A stretch of DNA of 47,771 nucleotides from an uncultured Thermotogae bacterium (GCA_964582975.1 CAZOUO010000002.1:1-47771); one strand, 5' to 3'; positions 23,981 to 33,337 are shown, counted from the first letter of the stretch. Notes: generated by a model from the letters alone, not told the origin. Numbers and translations are program-made.

Positions 23981-25114
23981 ATGTTGACTCTCTCAAACGC
24001 CGCGATCTACACACCGACGCATTATCTTCCACAGGCGACCGTGGTGGTTGATCGAGGTCGGATTAAGCGGATCAGCCAAGGAAAATCTAGTAAGGGAGAG
24101 TCCCTGGAAGGATACACCATCATCCCGGGGTTCGTCGACACGCACATCCACGGATACGGAGGATGGGACACCAACGATGCCACCAAGGACTCCCTTTTGG
24201 CCATGGCAGAAGGTCTAGTCCGGCACGGTATCACGGGCTTCTTACCCACGACCGTTACCACCTCTTATCAGAACCTGTTGGCCTGTGCTCGCGCCACCTC
24301 CAAGGCGATCCAGGCGCAAAGCGAAGGTGTCGGCGGCGCCAGGATCATAGGCCTCCAATTGGAGGGGCCGTTCATCAATCCCAAAAAGAAGGGGGCACAA
24401 AACCCTGATTACATTCAGCGCCCCAATTGGGAAGCACTCGAGGCGATCCACCAAGCCGGCAACGGGTGCGTTCGTGCCCTGACCATCGCCCCGGAGCTCA
24501 CGGGAGCCTTCTCCGTGATCGAGCAGGCCACTGCAGCCGGGTGGATCGTTTCACTCGGCCACAGCAACGCAACCTACGACGAAGGCATGCAGGCCATTGT
24601 GGCAGGTGCCACGCGAGCTACTCACCTTTTCAATGCAATGGCGCCCCTTCACCACCGACAACCCGGACTCGTCGCCGCGTGTCTGGAAAGCCCACAAGTG
24701 TTCGTCGAGCTGATCGCTGACCTTGTCCACGTCGCACCGCCCCTATTGCGTCTTACCCGCCAGATAGTGGGGGCTCAAAGAGCGGTACTAATCACGGATT
24801 CCATTTCCGCAACAGAGCTTCCCAATGGGGCCCACTCTCTCGGCGGGTTGACAGTCACCGTGGAGAACCACGTTGCACGACTGGAAGACGGTACTCTGGC
24901 CGGAAGCACGCTGACGATGGATCGGGCCGTACTGAACGTGACGGCCATCGGGGTCCCGTTCCGTGAGGCGTTGATGATGGCAACCGCTGTGCCGGCCCGC
25001 TCCATTGGGGAACGGATCGGCACCATTCAACCGGGCGGAGTAGCCGATTTTCTCGTCCTGAATGAGGACCTGTCCATTAGCCGCGTCTACGTGGCTGGCC
25101 ACCGGATGGTCTAG
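23981..25114 (+). CDS. nagA: N-acetylglucosamine-6-phosphate deacetylase
   Basis: The 377-aa product has the metal site GFVDTHIHGYGG, the ELAPE-like block LTIAPEL, and the NagA blocks SLGHSNATY and HLFNAM. Confidence 0.92.
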   Translation: MLTLSNAAIYTPTHYLPQATVVVDRGRIKRISQGKSSKGESLEGYTIIPGFVDTHIHGYGGWDTNDATKDSLLAMAEGLVRHGITGFLPTTVTTSYQNLLACARATSKAIQAQSEGVGGARIIGLQLEGPFINPKKKGAQNPDYIQRPNWEALEAIHQAGNGCVRALTIAPELTGAFSVIEQATAAGWIVSLGHSNATYDEGMQAIVAGATRATHLFNAMAPLHHRQPGLVAACLESPQVFVELIADLVHVAPPLLRLTRQIVGAQRAVLITDSISATELPNGAHSLGGLTVTVENHVARLEDGTLAGSTLTMDRAVLNVTAIGVPFREALMMATAVPARSIGERIGTIQPGGVADFLVLNEDLSISRVYVAGHRMV

Positions 25115-25878
25115 TCTCCGGTCCAGGTCTCCACTGAGACACCTCGCCGATGCTCTCCCTGAAGATGCGCCGCTGCGTGCTGTTCCACAACGACGGTGAC
25201 ATCCGGATGCAGCTGGAGAATCGACGCCGGAACGCTTCTTGAAACGGCTCCGAACAGACTTTCCCGGACAATTTCCGCTTTTTCGACACCGTTTACCAAT
25301 AACAGGATCCGTCGGGCATTCATGATCGTACGAATTCCCATCGTGATCGCATACTGTGGCACGCCCTCCAACGACCCGAACAGCTCCGCCTCCCGCTGCC
25401 TTGTCTCCAAAGAGAGCCTTGCGAGATGGGTCGCGCTACCAAAGGGCGTGCCGGGTTCGTTGAATCCAATGTGTCCGTTTTGTCCCAATCCCAGAACCGC
25501 GAGATCAATGCCTCCGCGTTCGGCAATCCGGCCCTCGTAGCGATCGCATTCAGCTTTGTGGTCTGAGGCAAGGGAGTTCGGAATATTGTGCTCGCGTACC
25601 GCCACGTGCCGAAGGAAATGTGTCTCCATGAACCGGGTGAAGCTCTGCGCGTGATCAGGTGGAATCTCGTAGTACTCATCCAGATTAAAAAAAATAACAT
25701 TGCAGAAATCTACCCAGCCATCGTGGTAAGCAGCGATCAGCTCTCGGTACAACCCCATCGGGGTTCGCCCTGTCGGCAAAGCGATCACCGTTCCTGGCCA
25801 GCACAGCACCTCTCGGCACACGTGCCGAGCAGCAGCACGAGAAAGCCTACCATAATCCTCCACCACGATGATCCGCAC
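25111..25878 (-). CDS. nagB: glucosamine-6-phosphate deaminase
   Basis: The 255-aa product starts at GTG. Its blocks are LPTGRTPMGLYREL, FFNLDEY and LGLGQNGHIGFNEPG. Confidence 0.92.
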   Translation of the reverse strand: MRIIVVEDYGRLSRAAARHVCREVLCWPGTVIALPTGRTPMGLYRELIAAYHDGWVDFCNVIFFNLDEYYEIPPDHAQSFTRFMETHFLRHVAVREHNIPNSLASDHKAECDRYEGRIAERGGIDLAVLGLGQNGHIGFNEPGTPFGSATHLARLSLETRQREAELFGSLEGVPQYAITMGIRTIMNARRILLLVNGVEKAEIVRESLFGAVSRSVPASILQLHPDVTVVVEQHAAAHLQGEHRRGVSVETWTGD

Positions 25879-26046
25879 CTAGTTACCTCCGGCAGTGCGC
25901 AATCGAAGTCGCTCCTGAAAAAGGAGTCGCACCCCCAGGCCCCTCCCACCAAGATGCAGGGGGCCCCATGCGGTCGGCAGGTCACGCTCCCGCACTGTGC
26001 CAGCTGTCAAATCAACATCCAGGTATCGATGCCACAAACCGTCCAT
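25879..26046 (-). pseudogene. relic of an aldehyde:ferredoxin oxidoreductase (AOR family) N-terminus, 55 codons
   Basis: MDGLWHRYLDVDLTAGTVRERDLPTAWGPLHLGGRGLGVRLLFQE matches the AOR N-terminal pattern (W.R...V.L..G........LGGRGL...LL.E). ATG 26046 sits behind GGAGAGGTG. Its TAG stop abuts the nagB GTG start. Confidence 0.55.
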
Positions 26047-26071
26047 CGTGCACCTCTCCTTTCTCTGAGGC

Positions 26072-26761
26072 CTAGGTTTTCGCTCCCAGAGTTGCGACAA
26101 ATCGTTTTGTGGTCGTCAGCGGATTCGTAATTGCCTGCCCGACAACTACGGCAAAAGCGCCTACTTTTAGTGCCTGGCGCACTTGGGCTGGAGTCGTGTA
26201 GCGCCCTTCCGCGATCACTGGAATATCTAGCTTCAACGCGAGCGCGCTCACAAGGTCGAAGTCCGGTCCGACCATCTGCGCTGAGTATGGGGTGTATCCT
26301 GACAAAGTCGTCGCCACGATGTCTGCGCCCGCCTCTGCAGCGGAAAGTCCCTCCTCCACCGTCGAGACGTCCGCCATTACCAACACGGAATGCGACGACT
26401 TGAGCTCGGCGGCGATGTCACTGAACGCCCCAACGCCAGAGGGACGCGGCCGTTTTGTTGCATCCATCGCTACGATCTCCGCACCCGCGCGCACCACCAC
26501 TTCGGCGCTCTTGAGATCCGGTGTGATCCAGCCCTGGGGGGCGAGGTCACGGCGCTTTAGAATTCCAATCACAGGAAGAGAGACCCGCTGCTTGATTGCT
26601 CGAATGTGATCTTCACCATTTGCTCTGATGCCGACCGCACCTCCGAGTTGAGCTGATTCAGCCATGGCTGCCATGTAGTTGGGACCATCGAGTGGTGTAC
26701 CTGGGGTAGCTTGACACGACACGATCAGCCCGCCTTCAATCTGCCGCAAGATTTGGTCCAT
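26072..26761 (-). CDS. nanE: N-acetylmannosamine-6-phosphate 2-epimerase
   Basis: The 229-aa product has the NanE N-terminal block GGLIVSCQA plus AVGIRANG, VIGILKR and AMDAT. Confidence 0.9.
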   Translation of the reverse strand: MDQILRQIEGGLIVSCQATPGTPLDGPNYMAAMAESAQLGGAVGIRANGEDHIRAIKQRVSLPVIGILKRRDLAPQGWITPDLKSAEVVVRAGAEIVAMDATKRPRPSGVGAFSDIAAELKSSHSVLVMADVSTVEEGLSAAEAGADIVATTLSGYTPYSAQMVGPDFDLVSALALKLDIPVIAEGRYTTPAQVRQALKVGAFAVVVGQAITNPLTTTKRFVATLGAKT

Positions 26762-28055
26762 TACTTGCTCCTCCTAGTTTTGCCAACAGTACGGTAGCCT
26801 CCTCTGCAAGGATTTCTGCGCTCCGCCAGTCAAAACAGCTGATCTGGGCCTCGTACCAGCCTGCATCTGTGGCTGATCGATCGGGAAAGTAGCCAACATA
26901 ACCGTTCGAACAGCCAAACACCGTCACTTTCTGCTCCGGCCTCTTGGTCGCTCGCACTCGTTGCACGAGAGAGTTAAAGGGTTCCCCGGGAACCGCAATG
27001 AAGATTCCGTCTCCAAGCCGAACCCCTTTCAGAACGACGGTTTCCCCGCCTCGCGCCAGGCACCCAGACCGAAGCAGGTCCAGCAGTCCTCTGGCCCCTT
27101 CAAGACGCGTCTCAATGACACGTCTCTCCCCAGGATGGTTATCCTCAACACGTTTTCCTGCCAGTCGCCCCTCCAAGCGGTCGATCTCCGTTTGTGCGTG
27201 CACCACGCTAGACGCGGGTTTGTACGGAAGCCAGCAGCTGCGTTCGCCGACCGTTAGGCACGCTCCACCCCGGGTGCGTATGCCGTCGGTGACGTCCAGC
27301 ATCGCCACGGACAGGATGCGGCTCAGATGCTTAAGCTCTTCAAAATTCTGTGCCTTGCGGCAAAACCGAGTACTGACATCGCCCGAAGCGCCGTTTGTGA
27401 CAGCGATAATCGCTGTCACATCCCCAACCAACTCTGCGTTGCTTGCAGCGGTTCCAAGCAAATCAGCGGAGAGGTAGCGGTTGTCCGACCCCAATACGGT
27501 GGAATGGCAGGGAAAGTTAGCGAGTGCCCCGCGCAACCTTCCCGACGTATCATCGATCCGCAATAACCAAAGGGAGTCATCGATCGATCGCGTCCAGTCC
27601 GTCCGATGACTCGCGATCCCCGGGACACGCTCGCAGCCCACACCGAGTCTTGCAGCAAACATCGACGCGGCAGCCCGGCGAACGGCCTCTCGCGTCCCTG
27701 CCAGCAATGCTTTGCCCTTCCGCTCCTGAAGATCGGAACGGGGGCTGACGCACCCAGTGTCAACAAAACCCGCTGGTCCTGCGTGTGTGTGGGTGGCTGC
27801 CGCGACCACGTTCTGAGCAGCGATACCGGCGATCTCCTGAACCACTGCTTGAAGCGCTTTGACCCACTCAGCCGATAAACCCAGCACGTCCAACACGAGA
27901 ACGCCTACGGCCGCCACATCATCCTGAAAAAGGAAACAGCGCGCGGAGAGCCGGTCATGGATTCCGACGGACCGACCATCTCTGGCGACGTACCCCCCCA
28001 TGGGCATGCCAACAGGCGGCGTGATGTCTCCCTTACCGAGGCCAACGAGCATCAT
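26736..28055 (-). CDS. neutral/alkaline ceramidase N-terminal-domain-like amidohydrolase
   Basis: GKGDITPPVGMPMGGYVARDGRSVGIHDRLSARCFLF...NVVAAATHTHAGPAGF matches the ceramidase N-domain pattern (DIT..MGY...GIH.RL.AR.F...THTH.GP.G). ATG 28055 forms an ATGA overlap with the kinase stop, and the track ORF starts at 28064. Confidence 0.7.
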   Translation of the reverse strand: MMLVGLGKGDITPPVGMPMGGYVARDGRSVGIHDRLSARCFLFQDDVAAVGVLVLDVLGLSAEWVKALQAVVQEIAGIAAQNVVAAATHTHAGPAGFVDTGCVSPRSDLQERKGKALLAGTREAVRRAAASMFAARLGVGCERVPGIASHRTDWTRSIDDSLWLLRIDDTSGRLRGALANFPCHSTVLGSDNRYLSADLLGTAASNAELVGDVTAIIAVTNGASGDVSTRFCRKAQNFEELKHLSRILSVAMLDVTDGIRTRGGACLTVGERSCWLPYKPASSVVHAQTEIDRLEGRLAGKRVEDNHPGERRVIETRLEGARGLLDLLRSGCLARGGETVVLKGVRLGDGIFIAVPGEPFNSLVQRVRATKRPEQKVTVFGCSNGYVGYFPDRSATDAGWYEAQISCFDWRSAEILAEEATVLLAKLGGASNGPNLAAD

Positions 28056-29041
28056 TCCGCCCATCCGATTCGCGCGAGTTCCCGAGCGAGCGTGTCAAGG
28101 ACGCTCACCCCTGGCCCGACGCCAACCAACTGGAATCCGAGCAGCACCGCTCCGCCCACCGGTGGAAACGCCGGTGGCCGGACCACAGCCGCTGGGGCGT
28201 GGGAGGCAAGCTCTTCTTTGAAGGAACGGAGAACGAACTCCCCCGCTGCAAAGACGCCACCTCCGTAGTAGACATCAAACGGTGAGTCTGCTTTCCCAAG
28301 CTTCCGCAACGCCACAACGGCCGTTGCCGCCAGGGTCCGTCCCGCGTTTTCCAGAATACTCACCGCAACGGTGTCCCCCTCACCTGCGGCGTGAGCGACG
28401 AGCTTGGCCAAGGCAGCAATCTCGGGTCGACCCAGCCCCCCTCTTTCGTATACCCTATCGCGAACTTCAGCAAGGGTCTCGCAACCGAAGTGCTCAAGCA
28501 ACTTGGACTTCAGTGCTGTCGCACGCCCCCTGCCATCGTCCGCCCGAAACGTCCACTTCAGGGCTTGGCACCCGATATGGTAGCCCCCTCCTTCATCGTC
28601 AATAATGTGGCCCCAACCGCCGACTCTTACCTCCTTACCCCGTTCGTTAACACCGTACGTGTGCGCTCCCGTCCCCGCATAGACCATAACCCCCGGCTGC
28701 CCAACTGATGCGCCCGCCAAGACGATCACCAGATCGTTGTGCACACCGATGTGGCGAGGACGAACAAACTCCCGGACATACTTGGTGACCAGCGCTTGTT
28801 GTTCCGGACTCTTCCCGATCCCCGTCATCCCCAAAACAATGCTGTCTACCGTGATGGTTTCGTCGCCCGGGAGAGCTTGGCGGATGGAGGACTCCAGCGC
28901 CGCGTGGAGGCGGCGGCGGCCGGCTTCACCCTGAACATGATTGGACGGACCACCACGTCCGTGGCCGATCACGCGTCCTTTTTCATCAACGACCAGACAG
29001 CGGGTCGAACACTGTCCGCCGTCGACTCCCACGATCCGCAA
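28052..29041 (-). CDS. BadF/BadG/BcrA/BcrD-type ATPase, N-acetylglucosamine/N-acylhexosamine kinase-like
   Basis: TTG 29041 sits behind GGGGAGG. The ASKHA motifs are IVGVDGGQCSTRCLVVD, GMTG and AGTGA. Confidence 0.8.
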   Translation of the reverse strand: MRIVGVDGGQCSTRCLVVDEKGRVIGHGRGGPSNHVQGEAGRRRLHAALESSIRQALPGDETITVDSIVLGMTGIGKSPEQQALVTKYVREFVRPRHIGVHNDLVIVLAGASVGQPGVMVYAGTGAHTYGVNERGKEVRVGGWGHIIDDEGGGYHIGCQALKWTFRADDGRGRATALKSKLLEHFGCETLAEVRDRVYERGGLGRPEIAALAKLVAHAAGEGDTVAVSILENAGRTLAATAVVALRKLGKADSPFDVYYGGGVFAAGEFVLRSFKEELASHAPAAVVRPPAFPPVGGAVLLGFQLVGVGPGVSVLDTLARELARIGWAE

Positions 29042-29053
29042 GAAATTCCTCCC

Positions 29054-29770
29054 CTAGTGGGCCAAGCGAGCTCGATATCGCTCAAACAGCTTCAGATTGT
29101 GGTCGTCGGCCCCTTCCAGGTTATAACTCTTTAGAATGGGCGGCTCGACTCCCTCCTGCAGGATTCGCTCTACCACGGCAAGCACAAGCATATTCACGAG
29201 GAGGGCACCCGCGATGGTGGAACTTGCGCCCGCCTTCTGACCGGTCTTCCCGATCTCGACGACTGCATCGCCCGGAGGAACGCAATTGTCAAGGACGAGG
29301 TCAACGACCTCGAAGAGTCGCTTTCCGCTCGCATGCCGCGAAGTCGACTGTCGAGAGTATTCAAGCGATGTGATGGCTATCGTGTAGAGACCCTGCCTGC
29401 TTGCTTCCATCGCCACCTCAATGGGTACGGGGTTTCGGCCCGAAGTGGAAACGATAATCATGACCTCACCGGGAAGCAACTGACACCGCTTCGCGTAACG
29501 CTCCAACAGGATCTCTGCGAGCCCCTCCAATCTCTCCGCCATCCCCTCGGTGGGATCGGGGACTTGGTTGATCGGCACCAGTCCACCGGCTCGACTCGTG
29601 ATCTCCTTGCCGATCATCGCTGAGTGACCGCTCCCGAACACGTGCAGAATCCCGCCCTGCAACAGTGACTTGGCCACTCGATCGCTTGCTTGGTCGATCG
29701 CTTCGCTCTGCGTCGCAATCAGTTTCTCTATAAGTTCCTTTATCTTTTCATAGTACGTCACTGCAAACAT
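29054..29770 (-). CDS. SIS domain protein (UPF0309-like sugar-phosphate isomerase fold)
   Basis: ATG 29770 sits behind AAGGAGG. The sequence MFAVTYYEKIKELIEKL...ILHVFGSGHSAMIGKE...IIVSTSGRNPVPIE is typical of SIS proteins. The 5' extension of the track ORF to 29932 overlaps the permease gene and is rejected. Confidence 0.8.
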   Translation of the reverse strand: MFAVTYYEKIKELIEKLIATQSEAIDQASDRVAKSLLQGGILHVFGSGHSAMIGKEITSRAGGLVPINQVPDPTEGMAERLEGLAEILLERYAKRCQLLPGEVMIIVSTSGRNPVPIEVAMEASRQGLYTIAITSLEYSRQSTSRHASGKRLFEVVDLVLDNCVPPGDAVVEIGKTGQKAGASSTIAGALLVNMLVLAVVERILQEGVEPPILKSYNLEGADDHNLKLFERYRARLAH

Positions 29771-29823
29771 GTGTTCCTCCTTGTATTTGAAGCGGTCCCG
29801 ACCGAGCCTTGCCTCCTTGATGT

Positions 29824-30690
29824 CTACACGTCTCGTATCCGTGGGTCGAACAGCTCCCTGAACCCGTCCCCCATAAGATTGATCCCCATTACCAGTGCGA
29901 AAATCATCCCACCAGGGAAGAACGTCATCCACGGTGCCTCGCGGATGATCGCACGAGCGTCACCCAGGATGTTTCCGAGGCTCGGTGTCGGGGGTTGTAT
30001 CCCTACCCCGATGAAACTCAAACCGGCCTCCGCAAGCACTCCGTAGGCGAAGACAAAAGTCGCCTGGACCATCAACGCCGCAAAGACATTGGGAAAGATG
30101 TGCCTCAACACAACTCGCCACACCGGGATCGCCAAGGCCCGCGTCGCCTCGATGTATACCTCCTCACGAACGGAGAGCGTCGAGCTTCGAACGATGCGCG
30201 CCGTCCTCGGCGTGTAGACGAGCGCAAGAGCGATCAGAATGTTGGTGACGTTCCTTCCCAAGGCGGCAAGAACGGCCAATGCCAAAAGAAGGGATGGAAA
30301 CGCCATGATCACGTCCATGAGGCGCATGATAAGGGAATCGAGTCTCTTGAAGGACCCCGCTATTATGCCCACCGCACTACCGAGCACACTGCTGATCGCA
30401 GCTGTTGCAAGGCCGATCGCCAGGGACATTCGCGCTCCATAAAGGGTACGCGTGAACACATCGCGACCGAAGTTATCCGTACCGAACCAGTGCGAGACCG
30501 ACGGCGACTGGATAAACGCGGGGGTCAATCGGTTGGGCAGATAGGGGCTGAAGTAGGGGCCAATGACAGCCGCAAGCACCAACAGAAGAACGAGGGTCCC
30601 TCCAATGGCGATTGACCGCTGGTGCAAGAACCGCCGTAGCCCTTTCCGAACTTGTCCGAACGAGTCCGCACGAATTTTCGCGCTAGTCAT
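29824..30690 (-). CDS. ABC transporter permease (DppC/OppC-like)
   Basis: ATG 30690 overlaps the upstream stop (ATGACTAG). The product has the EAA loop EATRALAIPVWRVVLRHIFPN. Confidence 0.9.
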   Translation of the reverse strand: MTSAKIRADSFGQVRKGLRRFLHQRSIAIGGTLVLLLVLAAVIGPYFSPYLPNRLTPAFIQSPSVSHWFGTDNFGRDVFTRTLYGARMSLAIGLATAAISSVLGSAVGIIAGSFKRLDSLIMRLMDVIMAFPSLLLALAVLAALGRNVTNILIALALVYTPRTARIVRSSTLSVREEVYIEATRALAIPVWRVVLRHIFPNVFAALMVQATFVFAYGVLAEAGLSFIGVGIQPPTPSLGNILGDARAIIREAPWMTFFPGGMIFALVMGINLMGDGFRELFDPRIRDV

Positions 30691-31627
30691 ACTTGATCCT
30701 CGGATCCAGGTATGCATAGAGCAGATCAATGAGCAGATTGATCAAGAGGATGCCGGTGGCAATAAGGAGCATCGCTCCCTGCACAACAGGATAGTCGCGT
30801 TTCAGCACAGAATTCACGACAAGATTTCCCATCCCTGGCAGCGAGAAGACAATCTCCGTGATGAAGGCACCGGAGACGACGAGAACAATCACGAAACCCA
30901 CAACCGTTATGATGGGGTTGACTGCGACGCGAAGCACGTGCTTCCAGAGGACAACGCTCTCTCTAAGACCCTTCGAACGCGCCGTGCGAATGTAGTCGTT
31001 TCCTAGCACATCGAGCACCGTGGCTCGGGTCATGCGGGCGATCAGCGCCGCCCAGATGAAACCGAGCGTGAAACAAGGCATGATGAGATGCCTTAGTGCA
31101 TCGAGAAAATCCTTGTTAAAGGGGACATAGCCCCCCACGGGAAACCATCGTAAGCCGACCGCGAACAGATAAATCAACACAAGCCCCATCAGAAATTCTG
31201 GCGTCGACAGACCGACAAGCGCAACCACCATCACCGACGTGTCCAATACGCTGTTTCGTCTGGTTGCGCTGATGATGCCCGGCGGGATTCCCAGCACGAG
31301 CGCAACAAGGAGTGCCCCAACCCCGATGGTGAGAGTCACAAAGAGCCGATCCGCGATCGCCTGACTCACCGATCGACCGAGAAAGATCGATTGCCCCAGG
31401 TCGCCTTGTATCGCCTCCTTCAACCACTTGCCGTATCGGACCCAGAAGGGATCGTCGAGATGCATGCTCTTGAGCATGCGCGCTCGCACTTCGGGGGATG
31501 CGCTTGGCCCCAAGATCGATACCAGCGGGTCACCCGGGATCAAATACATGATCGAAAAAGTTATGAAGCTGACCGCCAGCCACATGGGCACAATGGCCAA
31601 GAGACGACGCAGTACGTATGCAAGCAT
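30683..31627 (-). CDS. ABC transporter permease (DppB/OppB-like)
   Basis: The 314-aa product starts MLAYVLRRLLAIVPMWLAVSFITFSIMYLIPGDP. It has the loop YIRTARSKGLRESVV and the tail DPRIKYD. Confidence 0.9.
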   Translation of the reverse strand: MLAYVLRRLLAIVPMWLAVSFITFSIMYLIPGDPLVSILGPSASPEVRARMLKSMHLDDPFWVRYGKWLKEAIQGDLGQSIFLGRSVSQAIADRLFVTLTIGVGALLVALVLGIPPGIISATRRNSVLDTSVMVVALVGLSTPEFLMGLVLIYLFAVGLRWFPVGGYVPFNKDFLDALRHLIMPCFTLGFIWAALIARMTRATVLDVLGNDYIRTARSKGLRESVVLWKHVLRVAVNPIITVVGFVIVLVVSGAFITEIVFSLPGMGNLVVNSVLKRDYPVVQGAMLLIATGILLINLLIDLLYAYLDPRIKYD

Positions 31628-31710
31628 ATTTCACACTTAACGAACAACAGGCACGACGCGGATAAGAAATCGGCAGCGACCGACTCTCACCCGCGTCGAC
31701 CCTTATACTC

Positions 31711-33252
31711 CTATTTCCAAACGTTCCAGAATCGCGGCACAACATACCAAGGTTCGTAACCTTGGAGTTCCTTCCGCGTTGCCTCCAGCCCAAAGATGTC
31801 ACCAAAGTAAATCACGGGGACATCCTCGTAGTACAACAGCTGAACCTGTTCGAAGATCTTCTTGCGTTCTTCGAACGAGGCCGGCTTCGAGAGCTCGTCA
31901 AGCAATTGATCCATCTTCGGATTGCAGTAGCCGTAGGCGTATGGCGCCCCACACTGCAGCGACCCCTTCATCCGGAGTGGCTCCTCGGACGGCGACCAAC
32001 CGGTTTGGTTGATGTGCCATCCCTTGCCTTCGAGCGCCTTTCCGATCTGGGACGGCCAATCTGAGAACTCGATCTTGATGCGGAAGCCGCCGAGTTCCAG
32101 GGACGTTGCTGCCGCCAACGTGCATCGGTACATCCAGTAGTAGTCCCGGTTGGAGAGGAGGATGATGTCCTCGCCCTGATAGCCGGCTTCTTTCAGCAAT
32201 TGCTGGGACTTCTTCGGGTTGGCCTGGTTGTAGTTGTAACTTCCCACTTCGGTATACCACGCCGACCAGGGACCGTATCGGAAGCCCGGATGAGCGCTGT
32301 AGAAGTCCGGGTCATTCATGACCACGGTTGAGACAACGAACTCCATGTCCAGTGCCGCAAACAGGGCCTGGCGAACCTTCACGTTATCGAACGGTGGCTC
32401 CGATTGATTTAATTCCCACACCAACGCCCATTGAGGTTTCACGATATGCGAGACGAGGTCTGCGTTTGAATCAATTGTGGATCGTGTCTCGATGGGAAGC
32501 GCTTCTGCGTAGTCATACTCGCCGGTCTCGAGACCAGCGATCCGAGCGCCTACTTCTTTAACCGGTATCAAAAGGATCTCATCGAAGTAGGCGACCTTCT
32601 TTCCGACAAATCCGGACGCGGGGGCGTCAACAGGTGTGTAGTCTTCAAATCGAGCGAGCTTGACGTGCACGTCCGGTTGCCACTCGACGAGCTTATAGGG
32701 ACCGGTGCCGATGAGATCGGGGATGCGAAGCTCCTCACGACTCTCGGCGAATTCCTTCGGCATCACTCCCTGCCACGTGACCTGGATCACCATGGCGCTG
32801 ACGAGGTTCATCGGCTGGGTCAGCGTCACGAGGAGTGTGTGGTCATCAACCACCTGAATCTCGTCGACACCGTCGTAGTATCCGCTGACCGGCGAGATAG
32901 CGATGATGCGCTCCAGCGAAGCCTTGGCATCCTCCGCCGTCAGTGTCTTTCCGTTGTGAAACTTGATGCCCTGCCGAAGAACGAGGGTGTAGGACAAGCC
33001 ATCCTCGGCCGCTTCCCACGACTCGAGCAACACGGGTTCCGGCGCATAGTTCGCGTCGAAGGCCACGAGCGGCTCAAACACATGGGATGCCACTTGCTGT
33101 GTTGCAGTTGTCGTCGTTTGGTGCGGATCTAGCGTTGGCGGGTTGGTCTGCATTGCGGCGCGAAGCGTTCCCCCGAAAGTCTGCCCTATCGCAGTCACCG
33201 TGACTAGTCCGATCAACAGTCCAATCGTCATTAGCAGCACTATCTTTCTCAC
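31711..33252 (-). CDS. ABC transporter substrate-binding protein, family 5, canonical block order
   Basis: GTG 33252 sits behind AAGGAGGTG and is followed by a signal-like segment. Then come TLRAAMQTNPPTLDP, LESWEAAEDGLSYTLVLRQGIKFHNG, IGTGPYK, LLKEAGYQGE and the C-terminal block NPKMDQLL...VPVIYFG. Confidence 0.9.
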   Translation of the reverse strand: MRKIVLLMTIGLLIGLVTVTAIGQTFGGTLRAAMQTNPPTLDPHQTTTTATQQVASHVFEPLVAFDANYAPEPVLLESWEAAEDGLSYTLVLRQGIKFHNGKTLTAEDAKASLERIIAISPVSGYYDGVDEIQVVDDHTLLVTLTQPMNLVSAMVIQVTWQGVMPKEFAESREELRIPDLIGTGPYKLVEWQPDVHVKLARFEDYTPVDAPASGFVGKKVAYFDEILLIPVKEVGARIAGLETGEYDYAEALPIETRSTIDSNADLVSHIVKPQWALVWELNQSEPPFDNVKVRQALFAALDMEFVVSTVVMNDPDFYSAHPGFRYGPWSAWYTEVGSYNYNQANPKKSQQLLKEAGYQGEDIILLSNRDYYWMYRCTLAAATSLELGGFRIKIEFSDWPSQIGKALEGKGWHINQTGWSPSEEPLRMKGSLQCGAPYAYGYCNPKMDQLLDELSKPASFEERKKIFEQVQLLYYEDVPVIYFGDIFGLEATRKELQGYEPWYVVPRFWNVWK

Positions 33253-33337
33253 TGATTCCACCTCCTTAATGGATGGACGATTAACTTTTGCCTCACTGCA
33301 CAACTTGTTCCTATTCCGCTCTGATGTCTCACCTCCT

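Noticed and set aside
29771-29932. The N-terminal extension of the SIS ORF (the track gives 292 aa starting at 29932).
   Set aside because: The extension overlaps the 3' end of the permease gene. A strong AAGGAGG-ATG start at 29770 gives a protein that begins where SIS/UPF0309 homologs begin.
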